A DNA stretch of 64,000 bases from an uncultured Candidatus Rokubacteria bacterium (GCA_963805625.1 CAWDVE010000021.1:1-64000), one strand, 5' to 3'; counted from the stretch's first letter, positions 9,872 to 19,349 are shown. Numbers and translations are program-made. Notes: generated from the sequence alone by a model not told the origin.

Positions 9872-10004
9872 AGGATGAACACCAACAGCATCATCGTCGG
9901 GGCTGTCCCGGATAGGGGCCCTCCGGTACGGCTAGCCCGCCGGCCGTAGGCTCTCCACCACCATGATGTTGTTGGTCCCTCGTCTCTAGGGACCAGCACC
10001 AACA
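9846..10004. repeat. Two related palindromes built from (T)GTTGGT units; candidate replication origin
   Basis: GATGATGTTGGTGTT..CTAG..AACACCAACAGCATCATC (9848-9895) and TGTTGTTGGTCCCT..AGGGACCAGCACCAACA (9967-10004). Confidence 0.55.
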
Positions 10005-10096
10005 CAATCTCCACCCCCGCCGCCCCGCGTACCCTCCAGTCCGCCACGCGGCCCACCCGAGCCCTTCCCCGGGCTCCCGATGAGGAGTTGCTACCG

Positions 10097-10720
10097 ATGA
10101 CGACCGAGACGCCCCACGTCTCCCAGCCTGCTCCTACCCCGTCTTGGCGCGACCGAGCGCGAGCCCTCTGGCCTGACGCGGTGCAGATCAACGGCGGCGG
10201 TCCCTATGCCGTGCTGGTGGCCTGCCAGGCCCTCCGCATCACCCTCTGCCCTGACCTCGATGCCGCCGAGCAGGTCAAGGACCGCTACGACGAGGACGGC
10301 TGCGACCCGGCTTGCGTCCTCCAGCACCATCGGATCGACGTGATGCGGGCGAGCGGGAAGCCCTGGACATTGACCCAGGTGTGGAGACCCGCCCCCAGCG
10401 CCGCCACGCCCAAGAGCGTCGGCGTCGACGTGGCCGTACAGCTAGTGCGCGACGTGGAACAGGCGTGGCAAGCCTTCAAGGGGCGGGTGGGCTTTGATGT
10501 CCGCGACGAGGTGTGGCTGCGGGTGACGTTCGAGGGCGTTTGCCGCGACCTCGACTGCCTATCCCATCCTGTCACGGGCAGTCCCGTAACGGGCACCTTC
10601 ATCGAGCGCCGGTCATCGCCGTGGACAGGTCGACTGGTCGCCACATGTCCGCTGTGCGGGCTGGCGCTGGCCCTGCGGCAGGTCACGCTCGCGTGGACGG
10701 AAAGCGAAGCCGAGCTATGA
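10097..10720 (+). CDS. Hypothetical Cys/His-rich protein
   Basis: GAGGAG RBS; CDPACVLQHH and CPLCG motifs. Confidence 0.55.
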   Translation: MTTETPHVSQPAPTPSWRDRARALWPDAVQINGGGPYAVLVACQALRITLCPDLDAAEQVKDRYDEDGCDPACVLQHHRIDVMRASGKPWTLTQVWRPAPSAATPKSVGVDVAVQLVRDVEQAWQAFKGRVGFDVRDEVWLRVTFEGVCRDLDCLSHPVTGSPVTGTFIERRSSPWTGRLVATCPLCGLALALRQVTLAWTESEAEL

Positions 10721-10898
10721 GCCTCAGCTTCGACGGCTCCGACGATGTGGGTGCATCTGTGCGGGCGACGGGCTAGCGATGCTTCACCACGCTGGCCTAC
10801 GGGGAAGGGGCATCAACGGCCTTCGGCTCGGTCAGCGAGCTGACGCTCGCGACCTCGCCTCGGCATTACCTGCACCGCACGACCGCTGAGGCTGCGCT

Positions 10899-11708
10899 AT
10901 GATACAAGCCAATCTACGTCATTATGTATCAGTCGCCGATCTCGCGAAGGCTGTCCGGCCGTCATCGAATCGCCGATACCTAGTGGCTTCCTTCACCGCC
11001 TACTTTGATGAGAGCGGGACACACGCGAGCGCGCCGGTTGTCGCCGTCGCGGGGTTTATCTCCACCGTCGAACGGTGGCGCAATCTCGAACGTGAGTGGA
11101 GCACGGTGTTGAGGATGTACAAGCTGGAATACTTCCACATGACCGATTTCGAGAATCGTTGGGGCCCCTACCGCGATTGGGATAAGGGGAAGCGCGAAAC
11201 GATTATCAAGCGTCTGCTGGGCATTATCAAGCAATATGCCCTCAGCGGCTTCTCGGCCGCTGTGGTCAGGGGAGACTACGAACGCCTCCGCGAAGAGCAC
11301 CCGGGCCGCTGGGTGACCCCGTATGGGGTCTGTGCGGCGTGGTGTCTGCGTGACGTTGCGGACTGGTTGGAAAGCAGCAATCGCGATGAGTACGCGGGCT
11401 ACGTGTTCGAGCGCGGGTTTCGAGGCGCTGGGCATATGGCGGAGGCCTTTGGACGCGCGAGCGATGAGGTCCGACGAGCCTACCGGTTTGACGCGCTAAG
11501 CTTCGCGGACAAGCGTGCCGTGATCCCGCTTCAGGCGGCAGACATCCTTGCGTATGAGGTGTGCAAGCAAGTCCTGAGGCGCACAGGCGCTGATGGCCGT
11601 CCCACACGGAAGTCGGCCGTTAGGCTTGGTTCCAGCATTCCCCTGCGAGGCAAGTACTTCACGTACGAGACTCTCCGCCGTTTCGTGCCCGATGGCTTCA
11701 AAGGGTGA
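10899..11708 (+). CDS. DUF3800 family protein
   Basis: AYFDESGT, FHMTDF, VFERG, PLQAADILAY motifs; start uncertain. Confidence 0.85.
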   Translation: MIQANLRHYVSVADLAKAVRPSSNRRYLVASFTAYFDESGTHASAPVVAVAGFISTVERWRNLEREWSTVLRMYKLEYFHMTDFENRWGPYRDWDKGKRETIIKRLLGIIKQYALSGFSAAVVRGDYERLREEHPGRWVTPYGVCAAWCLRDVADWLESSNRDEYAGYVFERGFRGAGHMAEAFGRASDEVRRAYRFDALSFADKRAVIPLQAADILAYEVCKQVLRRTGADGRPTRKSAVRLGSSIPLRGKYFTYETLRRFVPDGFKG

Positions 11709-11727
11709 AGGCGCGTCGCATGCTGGT

Positions 11728-12300
11728 CTAGGAGATTGTACGCCGCTCGGGCCTTCGCGGGTGGCGCTGGCCACGCTGCCGCTGTAGGTACAACCGCACC
11801 CGTCGCCGGTTCCCACATGCTGGCGTGTCGTAGTCTTGGGTGCGGCGCAACGCCACGAACCACCGCCCACACTCCCGGCACCGGCGGAGTCGGTTGGCGT
11901 CGACCCGCGTCAGTAACTCGATGAGGCGGGACTTGATGTTCCCGCCCACGTCGCGTAGCTCGGGCTCCCGCACGAAGGGGCCCCGCCCGTCGGCCGGCCA
12001 GGCGATCCGCATGATGCCGTGGAAGAACACCGGGATGGGCTTCGGAGGCTGACCGGCATCGACGGCGGTCCGCATCCCAGCCAAAGCCTCTAGCAATTCG
12101 CGCACGGCCTGCTGCCCTTGCTTGAGGTCACGGCGCAGCCTGGAGAGATCGCCCGTCCTTGGCCGCGTCACCCGGTAGACCGCGAGGTCTTCGCCCGCGT
12201 TCAGCCAATCCCCCTCGCGCCACGTCGTGAGGTCAGCTTGAGCGAAGTGGAGCACGCGGGCTAGGGCAGCCTCGTTGGGGGTATAACGGTGCGCTGGCAT
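11728..12300 (-). CDS. CGNR zinc-finger-like protein
   Basis: LRRCRECGRWFV...YDTPACGNRRRVR. Confidence 0.7.
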   Translation of the reverse strand: MPAHRYTPNEAALARVLHFAQADLTTWREGDWLNAGEDLAVYRVTRPRTGDLSRLRRDLKQGQQAVRELLEALAGMRTAVDAGQPPKPIPVFFHGIMRIAWPADGRGPFVREPELRDVGGNIKSRLIELLTRVDANRLRRCRECGRWFVALRRTQDYDTPACGNRRRVRLYLQRQRGQRHPRRPERRTIS

Positions 12301-12827
12301 CGGTACACGAGTAACAGCCGCCACGGTCAGTGTCAACCGTCGCGTTGAGGCTAAGATGTTGTATTACACGAAAGGCATTATATGGGTTGACGTACATTAG
12401 CGCTCGTCACTATCCTGCGGCCATGACGTGGTGCCCCCAGGCGAAAGACGGAAGTGACGACCGGTTCTTTCCGGCCTCAGAGTGCTCGGCCTGCCAGGGC
12501 GTGGCGACCGTGGGCGATCCGACACCATGGCACCCAGTTGGACCGGGGTTGCCTAGCTTGCCGTCGGGACACGAGCGGTTGCCACGCACCCGGGGGTTGG
12601 GCCTCGCGGCCCAATCTCCGGGGCTCCTAGGCCGATTATGGGGCGACGAGCGAGGCGCCTCGCGTGTAAGTGCGCGGTATTCAAAGCCTTATCGCACGTC
12701 AGGCTGTGGAGTGCGCTAGGGGCTCTATGTGCGCGATTTCATTTGTGCAATCGGTCGGCGACGAAAGTATGAGCTTGGATGTCGAGAATCCCGCCCTCGC
12801 CGGGGCGGGCCATTAAGGAGAGACGGC

Positions 12828-12995
12828 ATGGAACCGTTGGTGACGGTGAAGGATGCGGCGGCGCAACTGGCAGTCAGCTCGGCAGCCGTGCGCAAGTGGA
12901 TCTACCAGGGGAAGCTGCGCGCGGTCCGGGCGGGGCGGCTCGTGCGGGTGCGCCCCGCCGACCTAGAGGCGTTCCTGCATCGCGAGCGTCAGTAG
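12828..12995 (+). CDS. Excisionase-like HTH_17 protein
   Basis: AAGGAG RBS; LVTVKDAAAQLAVSSAAVRKWIYQGKLRAVRAGRLVRV; directly upstream of the integrase. Confidence 0.88.
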   Translation: MEPLVTVKDAAAQLAVSSAAVRKWIYQGKLRAVRAGRLVRVRPADLEAFLHRERQ

Positions 12996-13003
12996 AGCCC
13001 GCC

Positions 13004-14149
13004 ATGCGCGACTCCAGCGTCCCCGCGCCTCCAGACTCGTCAGGACGTGGCAAGCGCCGCCGTGATGGCTTGTTCCAGCGCCACGGTTGGTGGTGGATCG
13101 ACTACCACGACGGGCAAGGCAAGCGACACCGCAAGAAGGCCGCGCCCGACTACCAGACCGCCCGCCTCATCTATCGGAATACCGTCGCCGCCATCGCGCG
13201 GGGTGAGGTGCTCGGTGTGCGTGAGGAAGGCATCCGGGTCCGCGCCTTCATCGACACCCGTTACTGGCCCACCGTGAAACCCAACCTGTCCGTGTGGGAG
13301 CAGCTCCGGGCGCGCTCGATTCTCGACACGCAGATCCTGCCTCGGTTCGGCGATACCAAGCTGATCCAGCTCGATCGTGAAGCCATCGAGCGCTGGCAAG
13401 CGGAGCGGCGCGCTCGCGTGTCGGCCTCCACCGCCAACAAGGAATTGATGCGGCTGGGCCATCTGCTCAATCGAGCGGTCGCCTGGCGTTACCTCCGGGC
13501 CAACCCGGCCCGCGGCATCGGTCGCGCCAAGGAACCACCGGGCCGGGTGCGCTACCTCACCCCGGAGGAGCGGAATCGGCTACTCAATGGGGCTGACGTG
13601 CCGGTGAAGGCCAAGGATGGGCGAACGTGGGTCACTCACCGGACCCCCAGCCCTACGCTACGCCTCTATATCCTGGGGGCGCTTCAAACGGGCGCACGGC
13701 GAGGCGAGCTACTGAGCCTCCGCTGGGGCGACGTGGACTTTCGTGCCCGCACGGTGACATTCCGGCGGACCAAGAACGGCGACGCTCGGAGCGTGCCCAT
13801 GACAGAAACGCTCCGCGAGGTCCTCCAGACGTTGCCACGACCTCTCAACCCGGATGGGTCCGTGTTCCCGCAGCGCGAGCCCAAGGTGCTGACGCGTGCC
13901 TTTGCCCGACTGGTGCGGGATCTCCAGCTGCCGAACCTCCGCTTCCACGACTTGCGGCACGACACGGCGAGCACGCTGACGATGGCGGGGGTGCCCCAGC
14001 GCACGATCATGGCCATCCTGGGCCACCGGGACCCGCGCATGACCATGCGCTATCAGCACCTCAGCCCCGAGCATCTCCGCGACGCCGTGCGGGCCCTTGA
14101 TCAACGGCCTACCCCGGTCCGGTCCGATGCCTCTGCCGAGGCTCGTTAG
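13004..14149 (+). CDS. Tyrosine recombinase / site-specific integrase
   Basis: TGARRGEL (R), TKNG (K), FHDLRH, LGH, MTMRY catalytic set; ends 65 bp from the tRNA 3' end. Confidence 0.95.
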   Translation: MRDSSVPAPPDSSGRGKRRRDGLFQRHGWWWIDYHDGQGKRHRKKAAPDYQTARLIYRNTVAAIARGEVLGVREEGIRVRAFIDTRYWPTVKPNLSVWEQLRARSILDTQILPRFGDTKLIQLDREAIERWQAERRARVSASTANKELMRLGHLLNRAVAWRYLRANPARGIGRAKEPPGRVRYLTPEERNRLLNGADVPVKAKDGRTWVTHRTPSPTLRLYILGALQTGARRGELLSLRWGDVDFRARTVTFRRTKNGDARSVPMTETLREVLQTLPRPLNPDGSVFPQREPKVLTRAFARLVRDLQLPNLRFHDLRHDTASTLTMAGVPQRTIMAILGHRDPRMTMRYQHLSPEHLRDAVRALDQRPTPVRSDASAEAR

Positions 14150-14214
14150 GCACCATTTCGGCACTGGCCCGGCGAGGGGCGATCAGGTGGATTGCGCAAG
14201 TAGCTGAAAAGATG

Positions 14215-14290
14215 TGGTAGGCGGAGCAGGATTCGAACCTGCGACATCAGCCTTGTAAGGGCTGCGCTCTGTCCGCTGAGCTATCCGCCC
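14215..14290 (-). tRNA. tRNA-Val(TAC)
   Basis: GGGCGGATAGCTCAGCGGACAGAGCGCAGCCCTTACAAGGCTGATGTCGCAGGTTCGAATCCTGCTCCGCCTACCA: 76 nt cloverleaf, TAC anticodon, TTCGAA T-loop, encoded CCA. Confidence 0.95.
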
Positions 14291-14299
14291 GTGCCTGAA

Positions 14300-14329
14300 A
14301 CATTAGGGACTTACAGGACGACCTGTCAA
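14300..14329 (-). promoter_or_regulatory. Putative sigma70 promoter for tRNA-Val
   Basis: Minus strand TTGACA-18 nt-TAATGT ending 9 nt before the tRNA 5' end. Confidence 0.6.
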
Positions 14330-14445
14330 CCGCGCCTCGACTGTGCCCGCGTTTGTGCTCGTCAGCCTCCGGACGGCCTCCTGGAGGTCGCCGGAGCTGA
14401 CGATATGATACCGGTCGAACACCGCCCGGGTCTTGTGGCCGGAGC
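14303..14445 (-). pseudogene. C-terminal remnant of a second tyrosine integrase
   Basis: SGHKTRAVFDRYHIVSSGDLQEAVRRL = box II (GH...Y) tail. Confidence 0.75.
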
Positions 14446-14660
14446 CCTTCAGCGCATCATTCGCTCGAAGCTCGCAGACGGTCGGCTGCCGCTCAACAGC
14501 ATCCCCCGTCTGGGGTGGCCCCGGCCATGGCGAAATCTGTGACGCTTGCCACGGGGACATCAGCCAGGAAGAGTTCGTGATCGAAGGAATCTCCCTGGCC
14601 GAGGGCCGAAAACCGCTTCAACTGCGCGTCGCGTGTTTCTATCTCTGGGAGGGGAACGGC
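14446..14660 (+). pseudogene. Small CxxC protein, frameshifted
   Basis: LQRIIRSKLADGRLPLNSIPR and VWGGPGHGEICDACHGDI..LRVACFYLWE lie in adjacent frames. Confidence 0.5.
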
Positions 14661-14759
14661 ACCTCGTCGCACCGTCCGCGCTGGCATAGCGCATCGACGG
14701 CATTGGTCACTCCGCCACCACCGAGTTGGCATAGGCGATTCAGCGGTCGATCCGGGGGA

Positions 14760-14941
14760 GCCAGAAGCGCGCCCGGTGTGGGGCGGTTGTACCGCGCGCT
14801 CGTCAGTCTCGGCGGAGGGCGAAGAAAGACGGCACGCCAGGCCAGCGAGGGCGCTTGGCTCAGGGTGACGGTATACACCGTCTGGTCTCGCTTCTGCAAA
14901 GGGACCGCGTCGGGAGGACCGGGAAGCCGGCGGATCGGCAT
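14760..14941 (-). pseudogene. Small hypothetical gene remnant
   Basis: MPIRRLPGPPDAVPLQKRDQTVYTVTLSQAPSLAWRAVFLRPP then low-complexity sequence. Confidence 0.3.
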
Positions 14942-14946
14942 GGCTG

Positions 14947-15256
14947 TCAGCGCGGCTCGGGCGGCCCGTGCCGCCGCAGCGGATTCACGGTCTGGTCGGG
15001 CTCCCCAGATCGGGACCAGGTGCTACCAGCCCTGACCCACCGGCACCGGGAGATACTCCGTCGTGCAACCACACCAGTCCAGGGATATGGAGGGTCTGCG
15101 GGGGGCGTCCAGCCGTGCGGGCGGGAGGTCGGCGGCCCGAAACCGCATCGGCGCGGCTTCGCGGCCACAGGTCCAGCAGGCGCGCGTGGGTCGCGGGTGG
15201 CCGTGCGCGTCGAGCCAGGTGAGGGGGCACCAGGGCGGTTCGATGGCCCGCACCAC
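14947..15256 (-). pseudogene. Small Cys-rich protein (CWTC...WCGC), copy 2, disrupted
   Basis: WLDAHGHPRPTRACWTCGREAAPMRFR..DWCGCTTEYLPVPVGQGW*, with the QTVNPLRRHGPPEPR tail in another frame. Confidence 0.65.
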
Positions 15257-15349
15257 GAGGAAGCGGAGGGAGCTCCACGTCGCCGGCGGTCGCCCGGGAC
15301 AGCTCCGGCCGGGGCCTGCGCCCCGGCAGCGAGCGGCGCGCGAGGAGGG

Positions 15350-15475
15350 CCAGCGTCAGAACGGCCAAGGCCGCGAGCCGTGCGAGCCTCATGGAATCCC
15401 CCGTCGTCTCGGAGGCCAGAGCGGCGCCGGTCCCCCGGGACCGGCTCGGGAGGGCTCCGGCCCTACTAAGCCCCG
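15350..15475 (-). repeat. Leader + signal-peptide module, copy 2 (cargo deleted)
   Basis: TGGCCTCCGAGACGACGGGGGATTCCATGAGGCTC, MRLARLAALAVLTLALLA. Confidence 0.7.
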
Positions 15476-15544
15476 CCCCCCCGCGCTAGGCGCCTCAACG
15501 AAGAGATCATCCGGCTGGCAGACTAAGGGGGCTACTCTTAGGCT

Positions 15545-15907
15545 ATGCCTCTCACGGGCGTCATCATCCTGGTCGTGGAAGATAATCCCGACCATCGCGA
15601 TCTCACGCGAACCATGCTGGAGAGCCTCGGCGCCGGAGTCATTCTCGCGGCGAACGGCACGGAGGGGCTCAACCGGCTCGACCTCATGACACCCGACCTG
15701 ATCCTGTGCGACCTGCGGATGCCTGAGATGGACGGGTTCGAATTCGCTCGACGCGTGCGTGCCAATCCCAGGCACAGCCGGACCCGCCTCATCGCCCTCA
15801 CAGCATTCGGCACCCAGGAGTCGTATCTCAAGACGTGGAGTGTCGGCTTCGACGCGCTTCTGGCCAAACCGGTCACGTTAGAGGCGCTCGACTCGCTCAG
15901 CCGATAA
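15545..15907 (+). CDS. Single-domain response regulator (CheY-like receiver)
   Basis: LVVEDN, LCDLRMPEMDG, IALTA, LAKP. Confidence 0.9.
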   Translation: MPLTGVIILVVEDNPDHRDLTRTMLESLGAGVILAANGTEGLNRLDLMTPDLILCDLRMPEMDGFEFARRVRANPRHSRTRLIALTAFGTQESYLKTWSVGFDALLAKPVTLEALDSLSR

Positions 15908-16292
15908 CGCTCTCCACACCCGCGCCGGTCAGGCCGCCTGAGCCCACCGAGGCGCGCCTGCTAGTCGAGGTGCCCGCGTCGATCAAACTGAGACACTATC
16001 CGCGGCCGCCCGGGGGACCCACGTCAAGCCCGTCCTCCAGCCCTACCAAGCACCCGCCCCGGGCGCCAGACGGGCCCGTGGTTCCCTCGCCGGTGAGGTC
16101 ATGCGCCGCCTCTCGCTGAACGATCCTCCCCAACCGTCGGTGTGACGGAACGCGTCCCGGTGTGACAATTTCCTGTTGGCCTCTGAGCACTCGGCGCAGA
16201 GGCCCCCGCACGAACCCCGCGCAAGTTCTGGGCAACACGACCAATCGCTTGAGGGGGGGCACCCGGCACCGTTGATGCACTGTTGGCGTGCC

Positions 16293-16508
16293 ATGACCCT
16301 GGACACACCGGAATCGCGATTCGCGGGGGACTCCGCCGCCGTCTCGTGCCGGCTGTGCGGACTGGTCATTGCGGCCGAGGAGTCGTTCGCCGTCGTAGGT
16401 CCAGTCACGCTCCACTTCGCGTGCTGGATCATCCGGACTCTCGACCGGCAGGCCCACCAGGACATCTTGGGCCGCCCGCAGCCGGCACTCGCCACAGTGA
16501 ACCCGTAG
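16293..16508 (+). CDS. Small hypothetical protein with CxxC...HxxC motif
   Basis: SCRLCGLVI...LHFACW. Confidence 0.4.
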   Translation: MTLDTPESRFAGDSAAVSCRLCGLVIAAEESFAVVGPVTLHFACWIIRTLDRQAHQDILGRPQPALATVNP

Positions 16509-16600
16509 TGCATCCCAAACGCGCGTCACAGGTCTGGGACGCCGGTCACCGCCGCCCCTCCAGATCCGGACGATCACATATCGAACGCGAGGATTGACCC

Positions 16601-16876
16601 ATGCGCCCTCACGCCCCGCACCATTCCCCCTGGTCAGAAGAGTGTGGATGCGAGTTGTCTCCCAGCTGCGATGTGCACTGCGCGGCCCCGGATCTCGGGG
16701 CGGCGCTGCAGGCCGCGGTGATCGCCCTGAGCGCGCGGATGCCACTCACGGATACCGAGCCGACGGACTACTTTACCCGTGATCCTATTGGGCGAGAGAT
16801 CGCCGCGGCACTCCAGAAGGCGGGGTTGCTCCTTCTCGAGATGCCGTTCTCCCCGGCCGGTTCCCCACACCGCTAG
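16601..16876 (+). CDS. Hypothetical protein
   Basis: GAGGA RBS; protein-like composition. Confidence 0.35.
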   Translation: MRPHAPHHSPWSEECGCELSPSCDVHCAAPDLGAALQAAVIALSARMPLTDTEPTDYFTRDPIGREIAAALQKAGLLLLEMPFSPAGSPHR

Positions 16877-17131
16877 ACTCGCGAGTCGGGTGAGTGTCTA
16901 ACTCACGCCACCGTCACGGCGCAGTCCGAAGGCGCCCGGCTCGCGACGACGTTCGTCGCTGCACCCGTCAGTCTGACCGAGGACTCGCATCTACGCCACG
17001 GCTGAGGTCGCAGGCTGCTCATGAGGACTTCCAACCCGAGTCATTTCGATGACGTGATCGGCGCGTGCCAGCATCGCCGACGGGACCGTCAGCCCGGTGG
17101 CCAGGGGGCAAGCCGAGATAAAGAGGCGGGT

Positions 17132-17506
17132 TCACCGGGCCGGTGCGTCAGGGGTGTCGAGCTCCTCCGACACCACCAGCACCTCGATGCCCACCGGTAG
17201 AAGCCGTTCGACGAACGCTTTGGCCTCGGCCCAGTGCACGAAATCTGCGCGTTCCGGAGTATCGATTCCAGAAAGGCGGACGTGCTCACCATGCCGCAAG
17301 GTGTGCCAGCCGAGGTCAAGGTGAGCGACGACGGTGTCACCGTCAATCACGCGGACAATCACCGCGTGGACGAGCCAAACTTCCCCATCGAGGAGGCGCG
17401 TCGTCAGGGCCGTGGCTTCGGGTGGAGTGAGGGGGTCGGCGGAGGCAGAGACGGTCGGGAATGCACCCACGAGCAGAGCCAGGGCCGCGAGCCGGGCGAG
17501 CCTCAT
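17132..17506 (-). pseudogene. Thermonuclease (SNase-like), C-terminally truncated; carries leader module copy 3
   Basis: VRVIDGDTV, VRLSGIDTPE, AKAFVERLL; ends where DxYGR is expected. Confidence 0.75.
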
Positions 17507-17600
17507 AGGGTCCTCCCGCAGTCTCGGATGCCATCAGGCGGCATTCCCTGGGGTCCGCGCGGGCCCGTTCATACTTACGGACAAACCGTGAGCGTGCGGG

Positions 17601-17993
17601 TCATTCGGGAGTCATCACGGCCATGCCCCCTGCGACCTGGATGGCTCCAACCAGATCGTCCACGCCGAGAACGACGTACCCACGCGTCGTCACATAGACC
17701 GAATCAATGTTGATGCCCGCCTGGGACATGACGAGCGCCACGTCACCCAGCGTACCCGGCTCGTCCAGGGCCCTGACAATGAGCACCTCGCGTGTGCTAT
17801 GGGCGATTGCGGCTGCCTCCAGGGCGCGGGTGGCCTTGCCCTGGTCGTTGGGCACGAACTGAACGATCGCGCGCTTCTCACGGGTAGTCCCGTGGATCGC
17901 CTCGATGTTGACCATGGCATCACCGAGAACAATTCCGAGTCGGGCCAACGTGCCGGGCTGATCCTCGAGGATCACTGTGAACTCGGTTGCCAT
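17601..17993 (-). CDS. ACT domain-containing protein
   Basis: Two repeats LEDQPGTLARL / ALDEPGTLGDV..GINIDSVY; AGGA RBS. The ORF track fuses it to an upstream helical segment reaching 18260. Confidence 0.85.
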   Translation of the reverse strand: MATEFTVILEDQPGTLARLGIVLGDAMVNIEAIHGTTREKRAIVQFVPNDQGKATRALEAAAIAHSTREVLIVRALDEPGTLGDVALVMSQAGINIDSVYVTTRGYVVLGVDDLVGAIQVAGGMAVMTPE

Positions 17994-18260
17994 TGTCCTC
18001 TCGCGATCCTGCCACGGCGGCCCTGTCACCGTTACCCTGTTCGGCTTCGCTCTCCGCTGCGATCGATCGTCACCAGGCGCCTCGGGAGAGGTAGAATCCA
18101 GCCGTTCGATGAGCGCCTCAATGATCTCTTCCTCGTGCTTCAACTGGATATTGAACTCCGGACTGTCGGTCTTGGTCATTTCCGCGTGTAGAGCATCGAG
18201 GCGCGCCTTCAGAGTCCGCAGCACGATCCCTCGTTCTTCGTCACTGAGCCGGAACGTCAT

Positions 18261-19339
18261 TTAGCCTACCTCCTTGACCGCCACCTCAGCCTTCTCCAGC
18301 CAGAATCCCATGTCCATCTTCCGGTACATAGCTTTCGCGGTGGTCAGTTGCCCCTGGGCCACGGTCGGATCGAGGCTCCCGCCGGCGGTCGCGATGCCGC
18401 CGCGATGCTGAAGCTCGCTCATCTTCCGCGGGTAGAAACCGTGGTCGTGGGTGAGGTACGAGCCCCCACGCAGCACCACGCGGGTTGCGGGGCCACGGCG
18501 GGCCGGCGTGAACTTCGCGGCGACACGATCGAAGTAGGATGACCCGCCGGCCGTGAGCAGGACCTCTGCCCGACCCTTGAAGGCGTCCAGCTGTCGAGCG
18601 CGGTCGAGCACGGCCAGCACGAGGTCGAGGAAGCGGTCCACCGCCACGTTCGTCTCGTCTGCCCCTTCAAGGTTGATGGTGCCCTCGTAGCACTCGATCC
18701 CGGCGAGCTCCAGGACGTCTCGGTGCGCCCCGACGGCCTGGAGCACCTCCAGCGCCCGCTCCATGGTCCGAGCGCCGGTCCGCCCTCCTGCGTAGCCCAG
18801 CTCCAGCAGCACCTGGAAGCGGGTCCCCGCTGCGAGCGCCGATCTGCCATGGCGGACGAGCTGCTTGACGACCTCCACCGAATCGACGAGGCTGTAGATC
18901 GCGGTCCCCGGGTAGACACGCTTCAGTCCGGCCAGCTGCGCCAGGTTCGCCCGCCCCACCACCTCGTTGGCGATGATGATGTTCGGCACGCCGGCCGCCG
19001 CCACCACCGCGCATTGCTGGACGGTCGCGGCCGTGATTTCCCAGGCGCCTCCAACCCCGATCCGGTCCTGATAGAGCTGGGGATACATCGTCGACTTCCC
19101 GTGCGGGGCCAGGCCCACCTGGTGATGCCGCGCGAAGTCGCGGAGGACTCGGAGATTCTGGCGCATGCGGGCGTCTCGCAGAGCCAGGACCGGGTACATC
19201 AGGTCGCCGCGAAGCAGTTCCAGCCTTGCTTCCCCACGTCGCCGAGTCGCACCCGCCCGGCCGCCAGCGGGATGCCCTTCGTCCGGGCGTCCAGCTCGAG
19301 GGCGAGAATGTCCTGGATCCAGGCATTGCCGGTCATCAT
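18261..19339 (-). pseudogene. D-serine deaminase-like (DSD1/alanine racemase fold) PLP enzyme, frameshifted and truncated, fused to a foreign tail
   Basis: LAPHGKSTM, ANEVVG, LAGIECYEG, LTAGGSSYFD, LRGGSYLTHD; frameshift near 19220; ends in AQGQLTTAKAMYRKMDMGFWLEKAE. Confidence 0.75.
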
Positions 19340-19349
19340 CCCCTCCGCT

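Larger units (their letters stand above)
5950..14214. mobile_element. Integrative element at the tRNA-Val 3' end (left boundary uncertain)
   Basis: int+xis next to the tRNA, HTH-AAA_25 module and cargo; no second att copy found in the window. Confidence 0.65.
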
